Part shown: one piece after another, positions 16,766-25,455 of the stretch
Layout: each line of letters opens with the position of its first letter
How positions within the stretch are numbered: position 1 is the stretch's first letter
Origin: a virus
Virus record (IMG/VR): IMGVR_UViG_3300044492_000085
Span: 1 to 48,016 of that record
Strand: one strand, 5' to 3'
Length of the DNA stretch: 48,016 nucleotides
The notes under the pieces: generated by a model
Told to the model about the DNA's origin: nothing
Seen by the model: only the letters and a program-made list of their open reading frames with translations
Database searches by the model: none
Program-made: the position numbers and the translations under genes

Positions 16766-16977
16766 TGGCCTGGAAACCGGAGGTGCGCGTCCACAACGAC
16801 CCGAAGTGGTACGACAACGCAGTCAGGTGCGAAACCGAAGCCGAGGCGCTGGCCTACGCCAAAGACCTGGAAGCGCGCTGGACCTCGGCCCGCGAAGTCC
16901 GCGCTACCGAATGCGAGGATCCAGTGAACGGCCACTGGGTCAAGGGCAAGTGGAAATGGAACGAGGACGTGCGATGA
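16765..16977 (+). CDS. Hypothetical early protein
   Basis: 70 aa (MAWKPEVRVHNDPKWYDN...) with a TGATG overlap to the upstream gene. Confidence 0.45.
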   Translation: MAWKPEVRVHNDPKWYDNAVRCETEAEALAYAKDLEARWTSAREVRATECEDPVNGHWVKGKWKWNEDVR

Positions 16978-17552
16978 GCCAGCCCTGGACCCACGTTGCT
17001 CCGTATAGCCCCGCATATCCCCGCGTCGACGAGCATTACGTCGAGCCGTTCTGGGTCAGCGAGCGGCTGTTCGAAGAAGAGCACTTCGTCGGCGACATCT
17101 ACGACCCGGCCTGCGGCTTCGGCCGCATTATCGATTCCGCGATCAAAGCCGGCTACTTAGCGCACGGCGCCGACATGATCGATCGTCGCGGCCGCGGCGA
17201 TGTGCAGGATTTTTTTCAAAACCACATCACCACACCCGACAATATCGTTAGCAATCCGCCGTTTGATAGGTTCCAGGAGTTCACCAAGCACGCACTGGCG
17301 CGCGCCCGCAACAAGGTGGCGCTGATCATGCCAACCGCCCGGCTCAATGCCGCCCGGTGGCTAGAGGAACTGCCGCTGCGGCGCGTCTGGTTACTAACCC
17401 CACGGCCGTCGATGCCGCCCGGCCACGTCATCACCTCGGGCGGCAAGGTGGGTGGCGGCAAGTCGGACTATTGCTGGTTGGTGTTCGACCACTCGTTCGC
17501 GAATGCACCGAAGATAACAGAAATGAAGTGGATGCACCGCGATGTCCCATGA
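16974..17552 (+). CDS. N6-adenine DNA methyltransferase (small orphan type)
   Basis: 192 aa from the ATGA-coupled start. SAM motif I is DIYDPACGFGRI and catalytic motif IV is SNPPF, in the order I then IV. Confidence 0.7.
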   Translation: MSQPWTHVAPYSPAYPRVDEHYVEPFWVSERLFEEEHFVGDIYDPACGFGRIIDSAIKAGYLAHGADMIDRRGRGDVQDFFQNHITTPDNIVSNPPFDRFQEFTKHALARARNKVALIMPTARLNAARWLEELPLRRVWLLTPRPSMPPGHVITSGGKVGGGKSDYCWLVFDHSFANAPKITEMKWMHRDVP

Positions 17553-17736
17553 GAAGGAGATGTACGCGGCGCTGACTGAAATCGAACGGCAGCTCAATAT
17601 TGGCTTGCGCGAACTTATGCGGCTGGCGGAAAAGAACGAGAAGCTGCGCGAAGCCCTACGCGAAATTGCAAATTTGCATGACGTCAGTGCCGATGAAAGT
17701 ATGGGGATTGCGCAGCGCGCACTGGAACGGGATTAA
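17542..17736 (+). CDS. Hypothetical helical protein
   Basis: 64 aa, overlapping the methyltransferase gene end by 11 nt. Predicted as a helical or coiled-coil sequence by eye. Confidence 0.45.
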   Translation: MSHEKEMYAALTEIERQLNIGLRELMRLAEKNEKLREALREIANLHDVSADESMGIAQRALERD

Positions 17737-17787
17737 TGGAAGAGTATGGTGGTGACTTCACGCTCCAAACGGATAACGAGGCCCACC

Positions 17788-18000
17788 ATGCCGCCAGTGC
17801 GTTTCGTCTATCTAACCATACCCCAACGCAACACCGTCGTTCTCAACATCACTTCCGACGACACCCACACCCGGTACCGCATCAACCGCGATCAATTATT
17901 CAGACTCAACGAAGAGATCGTCGAGATCCTGACCAAAAACAAATTCGACGATGACGGCGCCCAACTGGTGCTCAGCCTGGAGAAGGCTGCTAGCATCTAG
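17788..18000 (+). CDS. Hypothetical protein
   Basis: 70 aa from the ATG at 17788 (GAGG 6 nt upstream); an alternative ATG lies at 17746. Its stop overlaps the stop of the convergent helicase gene (CTAG at 17997-18000). Confidence 0.4.
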   Translation: MPPVRFVYLTIPQRNTVVLNITSDDTHTRYRINRDQLFRLNEEIVEILTKNKFDDDGAQLVLSLEKAASI

Positions 18001-19415
18001 GCGTTGACGAATCCCTCTACTTGATGGCGCCGCAGGTAGGCTTCGAACGCCTGCTGCGCCGTCATTTTCTTATGCACCCGATCGATCTTCATCTGGTCCA
18101 CTGTGTTCGCTGCCGTACATACGCGCACCATCACCGGCTTCGCTTGACCGGAACGATGCAGCCGGGCGATCGTTTGCTCCCACAGCTCGGGTGACCAGGT
18201 CGGGCAAATCCAGGCCATGTCTGAACCGCCATGCTGTAGATTCAATCCGTGTCCGCCACTGGCGGGATGCATCGCCATGAACGGCAGCATGCCCGCATTC
18301 CATTGGGTGATGTTATGATCAGATGCCGCGTCGGTGACCCCGTCACCGAGGTAAGGAAGATCCTGGCCGAGCAGCCCACGCAGCATTTCCAAGTCCTGGC
18401 GATATTCGTAAATGAACAGCACCGGCCCATCCGCATCGTCAATGATGTCTTGTGCCCACTGCTCCTTCTCGCCGTGGAGCCGCAGGGTTGTGCCGTCGTC
18501 GTAGATGAAACCGTTGGCAATCTGCGCGAGCTTGCCGGTCGCCACGGCAGCGGAAGCAGCCAGGACGGCCTCGCCGCCGCCATCCCACAGCATCAACTTC
18601 TCCTCCATGTCCTGGTACTGCTTGCGGGCGGCGGCCGGCAGCTCAACCCGGTCGAAGATGATCGACAGTTCCGGCAGCTGCGGCAGCTCGTCATCGCGCA
18701 GGGTGACGCAAAGCGGTGCCAACTCGGCATTGATGCGTTCCTCCGCACCCGGCAGCGGCGCCCATGTGTAGCCATTGTAATCAAGCGGGTAGAAGCGATC
18801 CTTACGCCAACTGTAGAACGACTTACCCCAAAGCTTGGCACGGGTTACCACCGTGGCCGGCATAAACAGATCCTCGGCGCCGGACGGCCGGAGCGTGCCA
18901 GTTAGCCCCCAGATCATGCGCCACCGCTTGGCGTAGCGGAGTAGCCGCCGGGCGCGGACACCGGAGGGATTGCGTAGGCGGGATACCTCGTCGATCACTA
19001 AGAGATCGAACAGCCGCGAATCGTCCGGCAATTTCACCAGTGCGTCGACCAGCCACTCGACGATGTCGATGCCGACGATGGTGATGTCGACGGTGCCGGC
19101 GTGGGCCTCGGCCAGGCCGATCGCCCGCTGCTGCGGCGTGCCGGTGAGCACCTGGTATGACAGCCCGGCGGTATGCGCCCATAGCGCGATCTCGTCCGGC
19201 CATACCATGCGCGCCACGCGCTTGGGCGCGATCACCAGGGCGTGGCGGATGTGCTTGTCGCGCAGCAGCTCCTCGATCGCAGTCAGCGCCGCGACAGTCT
19301 TGCCGCCGCCCGGCCGGGCGACCGCGATCTTCTCATCGTTCTCGTAAAGCGCACTGGCGATCCGCTGCTGGTAGGCGCGCAGCTCTGATTTCTCGCGCAT
19401 CGCTATCGCACCCAT
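17997..19415 (-). CDS. SNF2-family DNA helicase
   Basis: 472 aa. Walker A is ARPGGGKT, motif II is LLVIDEVSRL, followed by WGLTGTLRP and a C-terminal helicase lobe. An alternative start lies at 19400. Confidence 0.8.
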   Translation of the reverse strand: MGAIAMREKSELRAYQQRIASALYENDEKIAVARPGGGKTVAALTAIEELLRDKHIRHALVIAPKRVARMVWPDEIALWAHTAGLSYQVLTGTPQQRAIGLAEAHAGTVDITIVGIDIVEWLVDALVKLPDDSRLFDLLVIDEVSRLRNPSGVRARRLLRYAKRWRMIWGLTGTLRPSGAEDLFMPATVVTRAKLWGKSFYSWRKDRFYPLDYNGYTWAPLPGAEERINAELAPLCVTLRDDELPQLPELSIIFDRVELPAAARKQYQDMEEKLMLWDGGGEAVLAASAAVATGKLAQIANGFIYDDGTTLRLHGEKEQWAQDIIDDADGPVLFIYEYRQDLEMLRGLLGQDLPYLGDGVTDAASDHNITQWNAGMLPFMAMHPASGGHGLNLQHGGSDMAWICPTWSPELWEQTIARLHRSGQAKPVMVRVCTAANTVDQMKIDRVHKKMTAQQAFEAYLRRHQVEGFVNA

Positions 19416-19894
19416 TCGTATGATTGATCCAGCACCAGTCGCATCTCATCCAGCTCGGCCTTAAGTTCTCCGGCGGCGTGCTCGTCGCCGCACTCGATAC
19501 GATCCATGAACACATTAAGGGCCGCGACGTAGCGCCGTCGGATCTGCCTGGCACTGTCCCTCCGCAGGTCCGCCCATCTTTCATTAATTGCCGCCGCCGT
19601 TACATCCACATCCTCGCAGACCACCCAGCGATGGGCCGCCATACCGGAGCGGTTGCTGCCGCGTCCGTGGTTACGAACGTATTGCATACGCCGCAGCTCG
19701 GAGATGCGCGGCCTGATCGCCAGCAGGCTTTCGCCCACCAGGTCAGCGATCTCGTCAGCGGTGTGGCCAGGATATTTACGTATTAAATCGTAACACAGCT
19801 TCCGCAACTTGATGGCGCGCAGGCTCATACTTTCGGCCGCTTCGCGCGATGTGTCTCCTTCTTTAAATCCAGGCTCGTCTGGGTATTTACTCAT
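19403..19894 (-). CDS. Winged-helix (MarR-like) DNA-binding protein
   Basis: 163 aa from the ATG at 19894 (ATGA overlap with the upstream gene). LCYDLIRKYPGHTADEIADLVGESLLAIRPRISELRRMQYV fits a wHTH. The longer track ORF (to 20215) overlaps the PAPS reductase gene and was trimmed. Confidence 0.55.
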   Translation of the reverse strand: MSKYPDEPGFKEGDTSREAAESMSLRAIKLRKLCYDLIRKYPGHTADEIADLVGESLLAIRPRISELRRMQYVRNHGRGSNRSGMAAHRWVVCEDVDVTAAAINERWADLRRDSARQIRRRYVAALNVFMDRIECGDEHAAGELKAELDEMRLVLDQSYEWVR

Positions 19895-20622
19895 AACGTA
19901 CACACCCGACAGGCGCCGACGTTGCGCAAACCATCGGCCGTATCCTTCACGGTGCGTGGCAGCCGGCCACTCTCGAATACAGCGCGTAGATCCTTGAGCG
20001 CGGTCGGCCAGGTATCGCGACCAGGTGTGCGGTAAGTCGCACTCAGCTCGGCCTCGTCGGCCTCGGCGTCGGCCCACAGCTCGGGAAATTCCTTCCACAG
20101 CTGCCACCACTCGCCGATCCGCTGGTGGTAGCAGCGGGCGCAGTCGGTGCGGCGGGGGATGTGAATGCGATTGCGATCGAGGTAGCCCCACACATCGTGC
20201 TCGCGCCAACCCCAATCACGCAACGGAAAGCACATCTCGACACCGGGGATGTCGGCATAGGCGCCGCCGGCGCGGCCCTCCTCATCGGCGCGCAGGCCGA
20301 CGTAGGACACGCACGGCGTGTTAGCTTGCAGCCAGCGCCGGTACGGCTCGATCTTTAGGATCCGCGTACAGAACCTGGCGCGGAAATTCGGCAGCATCTG
20401 CTCTTTGCGGATCACACCTTTAAGCCCAGTGCTGTGCATAACCGGCAGAATCTTCTTGCCGAGGCGATCGCCGAGCGATCGCCAGTGCTCGAACATCTCC
20501 GGCAGCTCGTCGCCGGTCGGCGTGCAGACGTAGGTGTAGTCGGTGTGCGGGTGCAGCTCCTTCAGCCGCAGCGCCATAGCGGTGGAATCCTTGCCGCCAG
20601 ATAGTGCTATGACATGCTTCAT
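19891..20622 (-). CDS. PAPS reductase-like PP-loop protein
   Basis: 243 aa. N-terminal PP-loop is VIALSGGKDSTAMAL. C-terminal cysteines are CARCYHQ...GACRVC. Coupled by ATGA overlaps on both sides. Confidence 0.7.
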   Translation of the reverse strand: MKHVIALSGGKDSTAMALRLKELHPHTDYTYVCTPTGDELPEMFEHWRSLGDRLGKKILPVMHSTGLKGVIRKEQMLPNFRARFCTRILKIEPYRRWLQANTPCVSYVGLRADEEGRAGGAYADIPGVEMCFPLRDWGWREHDVWGYLDRNRIHIPRRTDCARCYHQRIGEWWQLWKEFPELWADAEADEAELSATYRTPGRDTWPTALKDLRAVFESGRLPRTVKDTADGLRNVGACRVCTL

Positions 20623-21041
20623 ATCGCCCCCGCTCGCCGCGCTAAGTCACGCAGCCAAATCCATTGCTTGTCGGATAAAAAAACCAGGTCGTAGATGTTG
20701 GCACGGTCCATCATGCCGGCCAGGAACTCCCGCGCCCGCTTATTGAGAGGACTACGTAAAATCAAATGCACCAACCGCTTGAGTTCATCCGCAGTTATTT
20801 CATGACCGACAGGCATCGGCACTGGGTTGCGTGGCGGCGGCTTTGGCGCCGACGGCGCGGGCTGGCCGATCGAACCGACCACGTCATGCCAATCCAGGCC
20901 GTTCTCTTTCAGCAGGTTGTTGATCAAACCCGCCGCCGCCGCGCGCTCGCCCTCGTTGCTGGATCCGAGCATCAGCATCAGCTTGTCGAGCCGCGAGCGT
21001 ACCGACACTGGCAAAGGCCGGACTTTGGTTGAGGCAACCAT
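20619..21041 (-). CDS. Hypothetical protein with a DUF2786-like N-terminus
   Basis: About 140 aa. RLDKLMLMLGSSNEGERAAAAGLINNLLKENGL resembles the DUF2786 pattern as I remember it. The start is ATG at 21041 or GTG at 21044, overlapping the polymerase stop. Confidence 0.4.
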   Translation of the reverse strand: MVASTKVRPLPVSVRSRLDKLMLMLGSSNEGERAAAAGLINNLLKENGLDWHDVVGSIGQPAPSAPKPPPRNPVPMPVGHEITADELKRLVHLILRSPLNKRAREFLAGMMDRANIYDLVFLSDKQWIWLRDLARRAGAI

Positions 21042-23203
21042 CACTTACCCTCCCACTTCGAATAGTAGGACTGGATGGTCTCCTCCGACATCAGCGGCAG
21101 GCCGTTGGTCCAGTCAAAACCCTTGCGCATGATGTAGCGCAACGAGTTCGCCACGCCCGGCACATCCGCCTCGGCACACTCGATCAGCACCTCGTCATGG
21201 GAATGCAGTCTGACGCCCATGCCGGCCTGCTCGAGCCGGACCAGCGTGCCGCGCAGGATATCCGCGGCAGTCGCCTGCACGACGTTTTCACAGAGCGTGC
21301 CGTGCCATATTTTGGAACGGTTATGACCCTTCCAGAACCGCAACTGGGTCGTCTCGCCGATGACGTTGTCGTCGTCATCCAGCTCCTTAACCTTCTCGTA
21401 CTTGATGCCGCGGTAGGCCAGGCACCGGCCGGACGGCAGCTGGCAGTACAGCGTGCCTTTGAGGATTTGCGGTAGGTAGACGTAGGCCAGCCGGCCGGCA
21501 GTCTGGACGATGCCGGGCTCCTCGAGCGCCCGGTTGGCGGCGCCCCACAGGCCGCTGCTGATGCCGTCGGCGGTGTGGGCGCCCCAGAACCTGACACACC
21601 AGCCGTTGGCCTCGCGCCACAGCTGGACCAGGTCTCTGGCCTCATGCCGCGGCAGATAAAGCCCGTAATTTGCACCCATGGCAGCCAGCGCGCCGATGCC
21701 GCCGCCGAAGCCGAGCGCCAGCTCGGCGACCTTGCCGCGCTGCCGCAGCGCCTTGGTGACCTCACCGAGCAGCTTGATGCCGGAGATTTCGCCCGCCGTG
21801 CGGGTGTAGAGGTCCGGCAGCTTGGGATTGTCGTCGACCTCGCGGAAGATGTTTAACCGCCGCTGGGCGCCCTCGGACTGTGGACCGGCCAGCCAGGGCA
21901 ACACTCGCGCCTCAATCTGCGCGAAGTCGCTGACCACGAACTGATTCGTTCCCTGGGGAACGAATGTGGGCCGAATCAGCAACGCCAATTTGCGCACCAC
22001 CGGCGTGTCGTCGCCGAGCCGTTCCAGCTCGTCATAGTCGGCGCCGTTGAGGATCGCCTCGATCGCTTCGTGCTCGTAGGTGAGAAACGATCGCGCCAGG
22101 TTCTGGATTTGCACGCCGCGGGATGAGAACCGGCCGGTTTGCGGCGCACCATTGAAAACGTACTGGCCGAAAACCGCGCCATTCACCTCCTGAGCGAGAA
22201 TCTTTGAGTACTTGGCCGGTGTGGTCGACCCGCCGTACAAACGGATCTGGAGGGCGCGCAGCGCCTTATGGTGGCCAATCGCCTGGCAGTATGGGATCAA
22301 CTTCTCGATCCGCGACCTGGTCAGGCTGTATTTGGCCGGGCGGATGATGGTGCCGTCGTCGGACTCCTCTTCCTCCCGCTTGGTCAGCATGTCGACGCCT
22401 TCAGCCGGCAGCTGGTGCAGCAGCCACCCGGTCAGCTGCTTGACCTGGCCGACGGTGGCGACGGCGCCGCCGGTGATCTCGCGCAGCTCGTTGCCGGCGC
22501 GGGTCTTGGCAGTGCCGGCGAGACGGTCGGCCCTCCTGGCGAACTTGATATCGACGCCAATACCGCGGTCATTGATGGCTTCGGCGGTCCAATATTCCTG
22601 CCACTCGCGCAGTGGCAGCTGCCGGGTGCGCAGGAACAGTGAGCGCATGGCCTCGATGTCGCCGATCGCGTAGGCGCAAAACGCCGCCCATTCCGCCGGG
22701 TGGCTCTGCGGCGTAGCCGTCGAATCCGGCATGCAGAACAGCTTGATATAGACGCCGCCGTCTTCGACCTTGGCAGTGGATCCGCTGGCCTTGCAGGCGC
22801 TGGCCAGGTCCGGCGGCAGGCCGGCGGCGGTCGCTTGCACCGACGGATCGATGCACATGTCGGGGAACAGCTGCGGCGCATCACGCAGTGCAAAATTCCA
22901 TACGTTTCGGTCGAACCCAGCATTGAACGCGGCAAAGACGCCGTGCGCCGGACTGGCCTCAACCCGATAATAGAACTCAGTAAAATCCAGCGGCAGGTGG
23001 TGCCAGGACAAGGCCCAGTCCGCCGCCAGCGGCGCCGTGATCAGCCGCACTGGCCCGTGGCCGATCGCGTAAGTCAGGATAATCGCCGCGGCATCGGGAT
23101 CGCAGGCGTAGCGGGTGGCGCCGGCCTTCTGGAGATCCTCGCCCGACCTCGTTTCGAAGTCGAACCAGCAGATTTTATCGGAATCGAAGGTGCGCTCGGG
23201 CAT
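21041..23203 (-). CDS. Family A DNA polymerase with a 3'-5' exonuclease domain
   Basis: Exo I is CWFDFETRS, motif A is VVSDFAQIEARVL, motif B is RQRGKVAELALGFGGG and motif C is LHSHDEVLIE. I prefer the ATG at 23203. The track ORF begins at a TTG (23245) that abuts a hairpin. Confidence 0.9.
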   Translation of the reverse strand: MPERTFDSDKICWFDFETRSGEDLQKAGATRYACDPDAAAIILTYAIGHGPVRLITAPLAADWALSWHHLPLDFTEFYYRVEASPAHGVFAAFNAGFDRNVWNFALRDAPQLFPDMCIDPSVQATAAGLPPDLASACKASGSTAKVEDGGVYIKLFCMPDSTATPQSHPAEWAAFCAYAIGDIEAMRSLFLRTRQLPLREWQEYWTAEAINDRGIGVDIKFARRADRLAGTAKTRAGNELREITGGAVATVGQVKQLTGWLLHQLPAEGVDMLTKREEEESDDGTIIRPAKYSLTRSRIEKLIPYCQAIGHHKALRALQIRLYGGSTTPAKYSKILAQEVNGAVFGQYVFNGAPQTGRFSSRGVQIQNLARSFLTYEHEAIEAILNGADYDELERLGDDTPVVRKLALLIRPTFVPQGTNQFVVSDFAQIEARVLPWLAGPQSEGAQRRLNIFREVDDNPKLPDLYTRTAGEISGIKLLGEVTKALRQRGKVAELALGFGGGIGALAAMGANYGLYLPRHEARDLVQLWREANGWCVRFWGAHTADGISSGLWGAANRALEEPGIVQTAGRLAYVYLPQILKGTLYCQLPSGRCLAYRGIKYEKVKELDDDDNVIGETTQLRFWKGHNRSKIWHGTLCENVVQATAADILRGTLVRLEQAGMGVRLHSHDEVLIECAEADVPGVANSLRYIMRKGFDWTNGLPLMSEETIQSYYSKWEGK

Positions 23204-23247
23204 GGCAGGGCATTCCCCGGGATGGAAGGGAAGAGGTGTCCACAAAC

Positions 23248-23274
23248 CGGGGGGTGGTTTTCAGCCACCCCCCG
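23248..23274 (-). terminator. GC-rich hairpin between the unknown gene and the polymerase gene
   Basis: Arms cggggggtgg (23248-23257) and ccaccccccg (23265-23274) with a 7-nt loop. On the - strand it is followed by gtttgtgg. Confidence 0.45.
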
Positions 23275-23283
23275 TTGCAACGA

Positions 23284-24072
23284 TTAAGCCGCTGGCGGAC
23301 GGCGCCGCTGGGCCGGCCGCACCACGGCAGGCTCATCTGGACGCAGCAGGTCAGGCTTATCGACCAAGGCCGGCTTGCTGCGGGGCTTGGCCGCGGCCGC
23401 CGCGGGCGCCGGCTTTGGTGCATCGGGCTCGGCCGGGGCCGCTTCACCTTCCGACTTCAGGTTGCCCTGCATGTCGGCCCAGTCGACCACCTCGAACACC
23501 GGGTTCCAGATCCAGCCATAGTCGGAGTGCTTGTATTTCTCCGACTTGAATTGGATCACCGGGCAGGGGAATTTACGGTCGGTCCTGAGCTGGGCCTTGA
23601 CCGCATCCTCGAGCTTTTTAAAGCCCTTCATGGTGCCAACGGATCCGTTCTTGAACTGGACCTCGGCACCCTCATCCTCGCCGTTCAAGCACACCGCTTC
23701 AAAGCTGCGCTGCTCCTGGAACGGGAAGCCCTCGATCGGGCCGGGCTTCTGCGGCTTGGGCTCGTACATCGGCACCATGACCTCGCCGAGCCTCTCGTTC
23801 TTTCTGCTGCCCTGGTAGTTCGACCAGCAGATGAAGCCGTGGCAGATCGATACGACGTTGATCCACCACTTGGAGCCGACCTGCATCGGCTCGTCGGCTT
23901 GGCCTACGTTCCAGGTGCCGTCGTTCTTGGAGAGCTTGATTAGATCCTTGCCGCCGCCGGCTACCAGGGTGGTGGCCTGGCTGTCTTCAATGCCAGCTAG
24001 CAGCCGGTCGGCGAGGTCGTCCGGCAGCGACAGGGCTGTCGAACCAAGGTTACGTTTTGCAATCTCATTCAT
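23284..24072 (-). CDS. Hypothetical protein (candidate ssDNA-binding or annealing partner of the nuclease)
   Basis: 262 aa from the ATG at 24072 (AAAGGA RBS); a GTG alternative lies at 24144. Ala/Pro-rich basic C-terminal tail. It lies between the Cas4-like nuclease and the polymerase. Function is inferred from position only. Confidence 0.3.
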   Translation of the reverse strand: MNEIAKRNLGSTALSLPDDLADRLLAGIEDSQATTLVAGGGKDLIKLSKNDGTWNVGQADEPMQVGSKWWINVVSICHGFICWSNYQGSRKNERLGEVMVPMYEPKPQKPGPIEGFPFQEQRSFEAVCLNGEDEGAEVQFKNGSVGTMKGFKKLEDAVKAQLRTDRKFPCPVIQFKSEKYKHSDYGWIWNPVFEVVDWADMQGNLKSEGEAAPAEPDAPKPAPAAAAAKPRSKPALVDKPDLLRPDEPAVVRPAQRRRPPAA

Positions 24073-24140
24073 TTTCGCGTGTCCTTTCGGGTTCAGTTCT
24101 AGTGACCGGCGCAAACATCCAAAACCGGCCAGGTATTGTG

Positions 24141-25409
24141 TCACGGATTTTGTTCGTGACGCAATTGCTTGAGCGCCGCGGCGAACTCGAGGGTCGCCTT
24201 GGCGCGATCGATCGCCGGCGCCGGATCGCTCTCCGGCGCAATCACGGTCTCATCGGTCTCGGGCGCTGCGCGCAACGTGTCGGGGATCTTGACGCCGAGC
24301 CGCTTGGCAACCCGGTCAGTGTGGGCGAAGGTTTGCAGCTTGTCCTGCCAGATGTCTTCTTCCTCAAAACCTAATCGTTTCAAATTGAAGGCGACGGTGT
24401 CGCTGTCGATCCACTGGCGTAATTTGGTCTTCTGCTTCAGCTTCCAGCCCGGCACGGTGCCGCCGTTCGACAGATAGCTGTGGATTGCTTCATCCACCTG
24501 CTTTTTATATTCGGCGGCCAGATCGGCCAGGTACTTGGCCTTAGCCAGAAACTCACCGTAAGCAGCCGCGTTGCCGTCGTCGACTACAGAAGCTGTCAAT
24601 TGCGCCGGCATGATTTCCATGTTGACCAGATCAAACAGCGGCTTGGTGTGCTCGGGGCAGCACGGCCGGGCCGGACACCAGCGGCAGTGCTCGCCGGCGT
24701 GCAGCTTGGGGTTCTTACCCAGCGCAGCGACGATCGCTAAGTCCATATCCTCGATGAACATATCGATCTCAGTGCGGGTGATGACAGTGTGGGTCAGGCG
24801 CTCAGTGGTGCGCGGCTGGATCACCGCCACGGCGTAGCGTTTCTTGTTGAACATGGAGGGCAGCTCCTCCATGGCGCCGGCGAAATAAAACAACAATTGC
24901 GGGTTCACCCGCTCGCCGTGCTCATCTTTATAGACCGCCTTGACCGGCACGCCGGCGCCGAATTTCCAGTCGACCATCAAGACGAATTTTTTACTCGCCA
25001 GTAACAGGTCGGCGGTGCCGAAGGCGCCCGGGATGCCGGGGAATTTTACCTGCAACTCATTGGCGGCAACATGAAATCCGCCGCCGTATTCCTTCATTAG
25101 CTCATACAAGGTATCGATCGCCGGGAAGATCGAATCATCGAGGTGGTGCTGCTCGAGCACGCGATCGTAGAAGGTACTGCCGAGCATGGTCTCGGCGTCT
25201 TCAAGCATCATGGTGACAGAGGGCGGAAATCCATCGGCATACATCGCCATCAAACTATCCATCACCGCATGCATGGCGCTGCCGTAGTCGGCATATTCGC
25301 TCGGCATCTCGGCCTGGTCAGGGATCCGCTGCAGCAGCTGAAAGCTGCCGGGGCAGTTGAGTAATCTGTCCGCGGTCGAGCCGCCGACAATATTGGAGTG
25401 GCGAGACAT
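24141..25409 (-). CDS. PD-(D/E)XK Cas4-like exonuclease (DUF2800-like) with a Cys cluster
   Basis: 422 aa from the ATG at 25409 (AGAGGA RBS). The N-terminal extension of the track ORF is antisense to the VRR-NUC gene. Motifs: LLNCPGSF, GTADLLL...LMVDWKFG (D...DxK) and CRWCPARPCCPEH. Confidence 0.7.
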   Translation of the reverse strand: MSRHSNIVGGSTADRLLNCPGSFQLLQRIPDQAEMPSEYADYGSAMHAVMDSLMAMYADGFPPSVTMMLEDAETMLGSTFYDRVLEQHHLDDSIFPAIDTLYELMKEYGGGFHVAANELQVKFPGIPGAFGTADLLLASKKFVLMVDWKFGAGVPVKAVYKDEHGERVNPQLLFYFAGAMEELPSMFNKKRYAVAVIQPRTTERLTHTVITRTEIDMFIEDMDLAIVAALGKNPKLHAGEHCRWCPARPCCPEHTKPLFDLVNMEIMPAQLTASVVDDGNAAAYGEFLAKAKYLADLAAEYKKQVDEAIHSYLSNGGTVPGWKLKQKTKLRQWIDSDTVAFNLKRLGFEEEDIWQDKLQTFAHTDRVAKRLGVKIPDTLRAAPETDETVIAPESDPAPAIDRAKATLEFAAALKQLRHEQNP

Positions 25410-25455
25410 GTTATCCTCTGTTCTGTTTGCTGCAGACAACAGGGCATAGATCGCG

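Noticed and set aside
17736-17954. Alternative-frame ORF 17736-17954 (72 aa).
   Set aside because: It is a His/Arg/Gln-rich junk-like product that overlaps the better-supported frame 17788-18000, which has a GAGG RBS.
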